NCBI GenBank assembly: GCA_012295275.1
Contig: CM022665.1
Coordinates: 11,160,001-11,224,000 of the forward strand
Length of the DNA stretch: 64,000 nt
Reading direction: 5' to 3'
From: Chrysomallon squamiferum
Lineage: Eukaryota > Animalia > Mollusca
In this document: in pieces, positions 63,514 through 64,000 of the stretch
Position numbering within the stretch: position 1 is the first letter of the stretch
Layout of the letters: every line of letters begins with the position of its first letter
Position numbers and translations under genes: made by a program
The notes under the pieces: generated by a model
Database searches by the model: none
Seen by the model: only the letters and a program-made list of their open reading frames with translations
What the model was told of the DNA's origin: nothing

Positions 63514-64000
63514 ATTAAAACCGTGAAATAATGAATTACTATATGCAGGTAAAAATATACATACATTTGCATATACAGAATTTTTTTATCTTTTTTTTTT
63601 TTTTTTTTTTTTAGATCTGGCTTTAGTGATAAATATGATTCAGAAATGAATGATAAAGCAGAAACTAGTAAATCCAAACTGTTTTCACTGATGTTTTCAA
63701 TTAGTAGCAGTTTGGTGTAATGCATAAACTGAAAATGTCTGAAATTGTTTATGTTTTCATTTTTAATTCAGTGATAACATTTTGAAAAATATATAAAAGA
63801 AATACAAAGGTAAAAATTTTGATCATTAGTGTGGTGATTTCAATGTTAATAATTGTCTTTATGTTTTTCATAATTGCTTGTAGTTGTATTATTATTTAAT
63901 CATTTGAGATACAGTGTTTAACTGTTCTGCACAAAATGTAATCTAAACAATATATGTTCTTAAAATAAATAAACTATGATGCTGTTTCAGTAATGTGTAA

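Noticed and set aside
60318-64000. Possible additional gene after PHIP
   Set aside because: Only AT-rich 3' UTR/intergenic sequence and microsatellite ORFs; no convincing exon.

Overview
AT-rich, intron-dense animal genomic DNA. A lophotrochozoan, probably a mollusc, is inferred from gene structure and repeat types but not proven. Four protein-coding genes form two head-to-head pairs: ARMC2 (-, 19 coding exons plus a candidate 45-nt cassette exon) with TMEM161 (+, intronless CDS), and DHDDS (-, 7 coding exons) with a PHIP/BRWD-family WD40-bromodomain gene (+, 35 coding exons, one apparent 1-nt frameshift). All exon phases were traced by hand. The most notable observation is a pair of ~100-nt Y RNA-like genes (27920-28022 and 29228-29340) lying antisense inside the largest DHDDS intron. 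Each has the Ro60-binding GGUCCGA/UUGACU helix with a bulged C, a paired upper stem, a TATA box near -30, a shared PSE-like upstream element and a T-run terminator. The window also holds degraded DNA-transposon remnants (MULE, pogo/Tigger-like MITE, hAT-like), a 64-bp inverted repeat, microsatellites and four local tandem duplications that copy exon boundaries.
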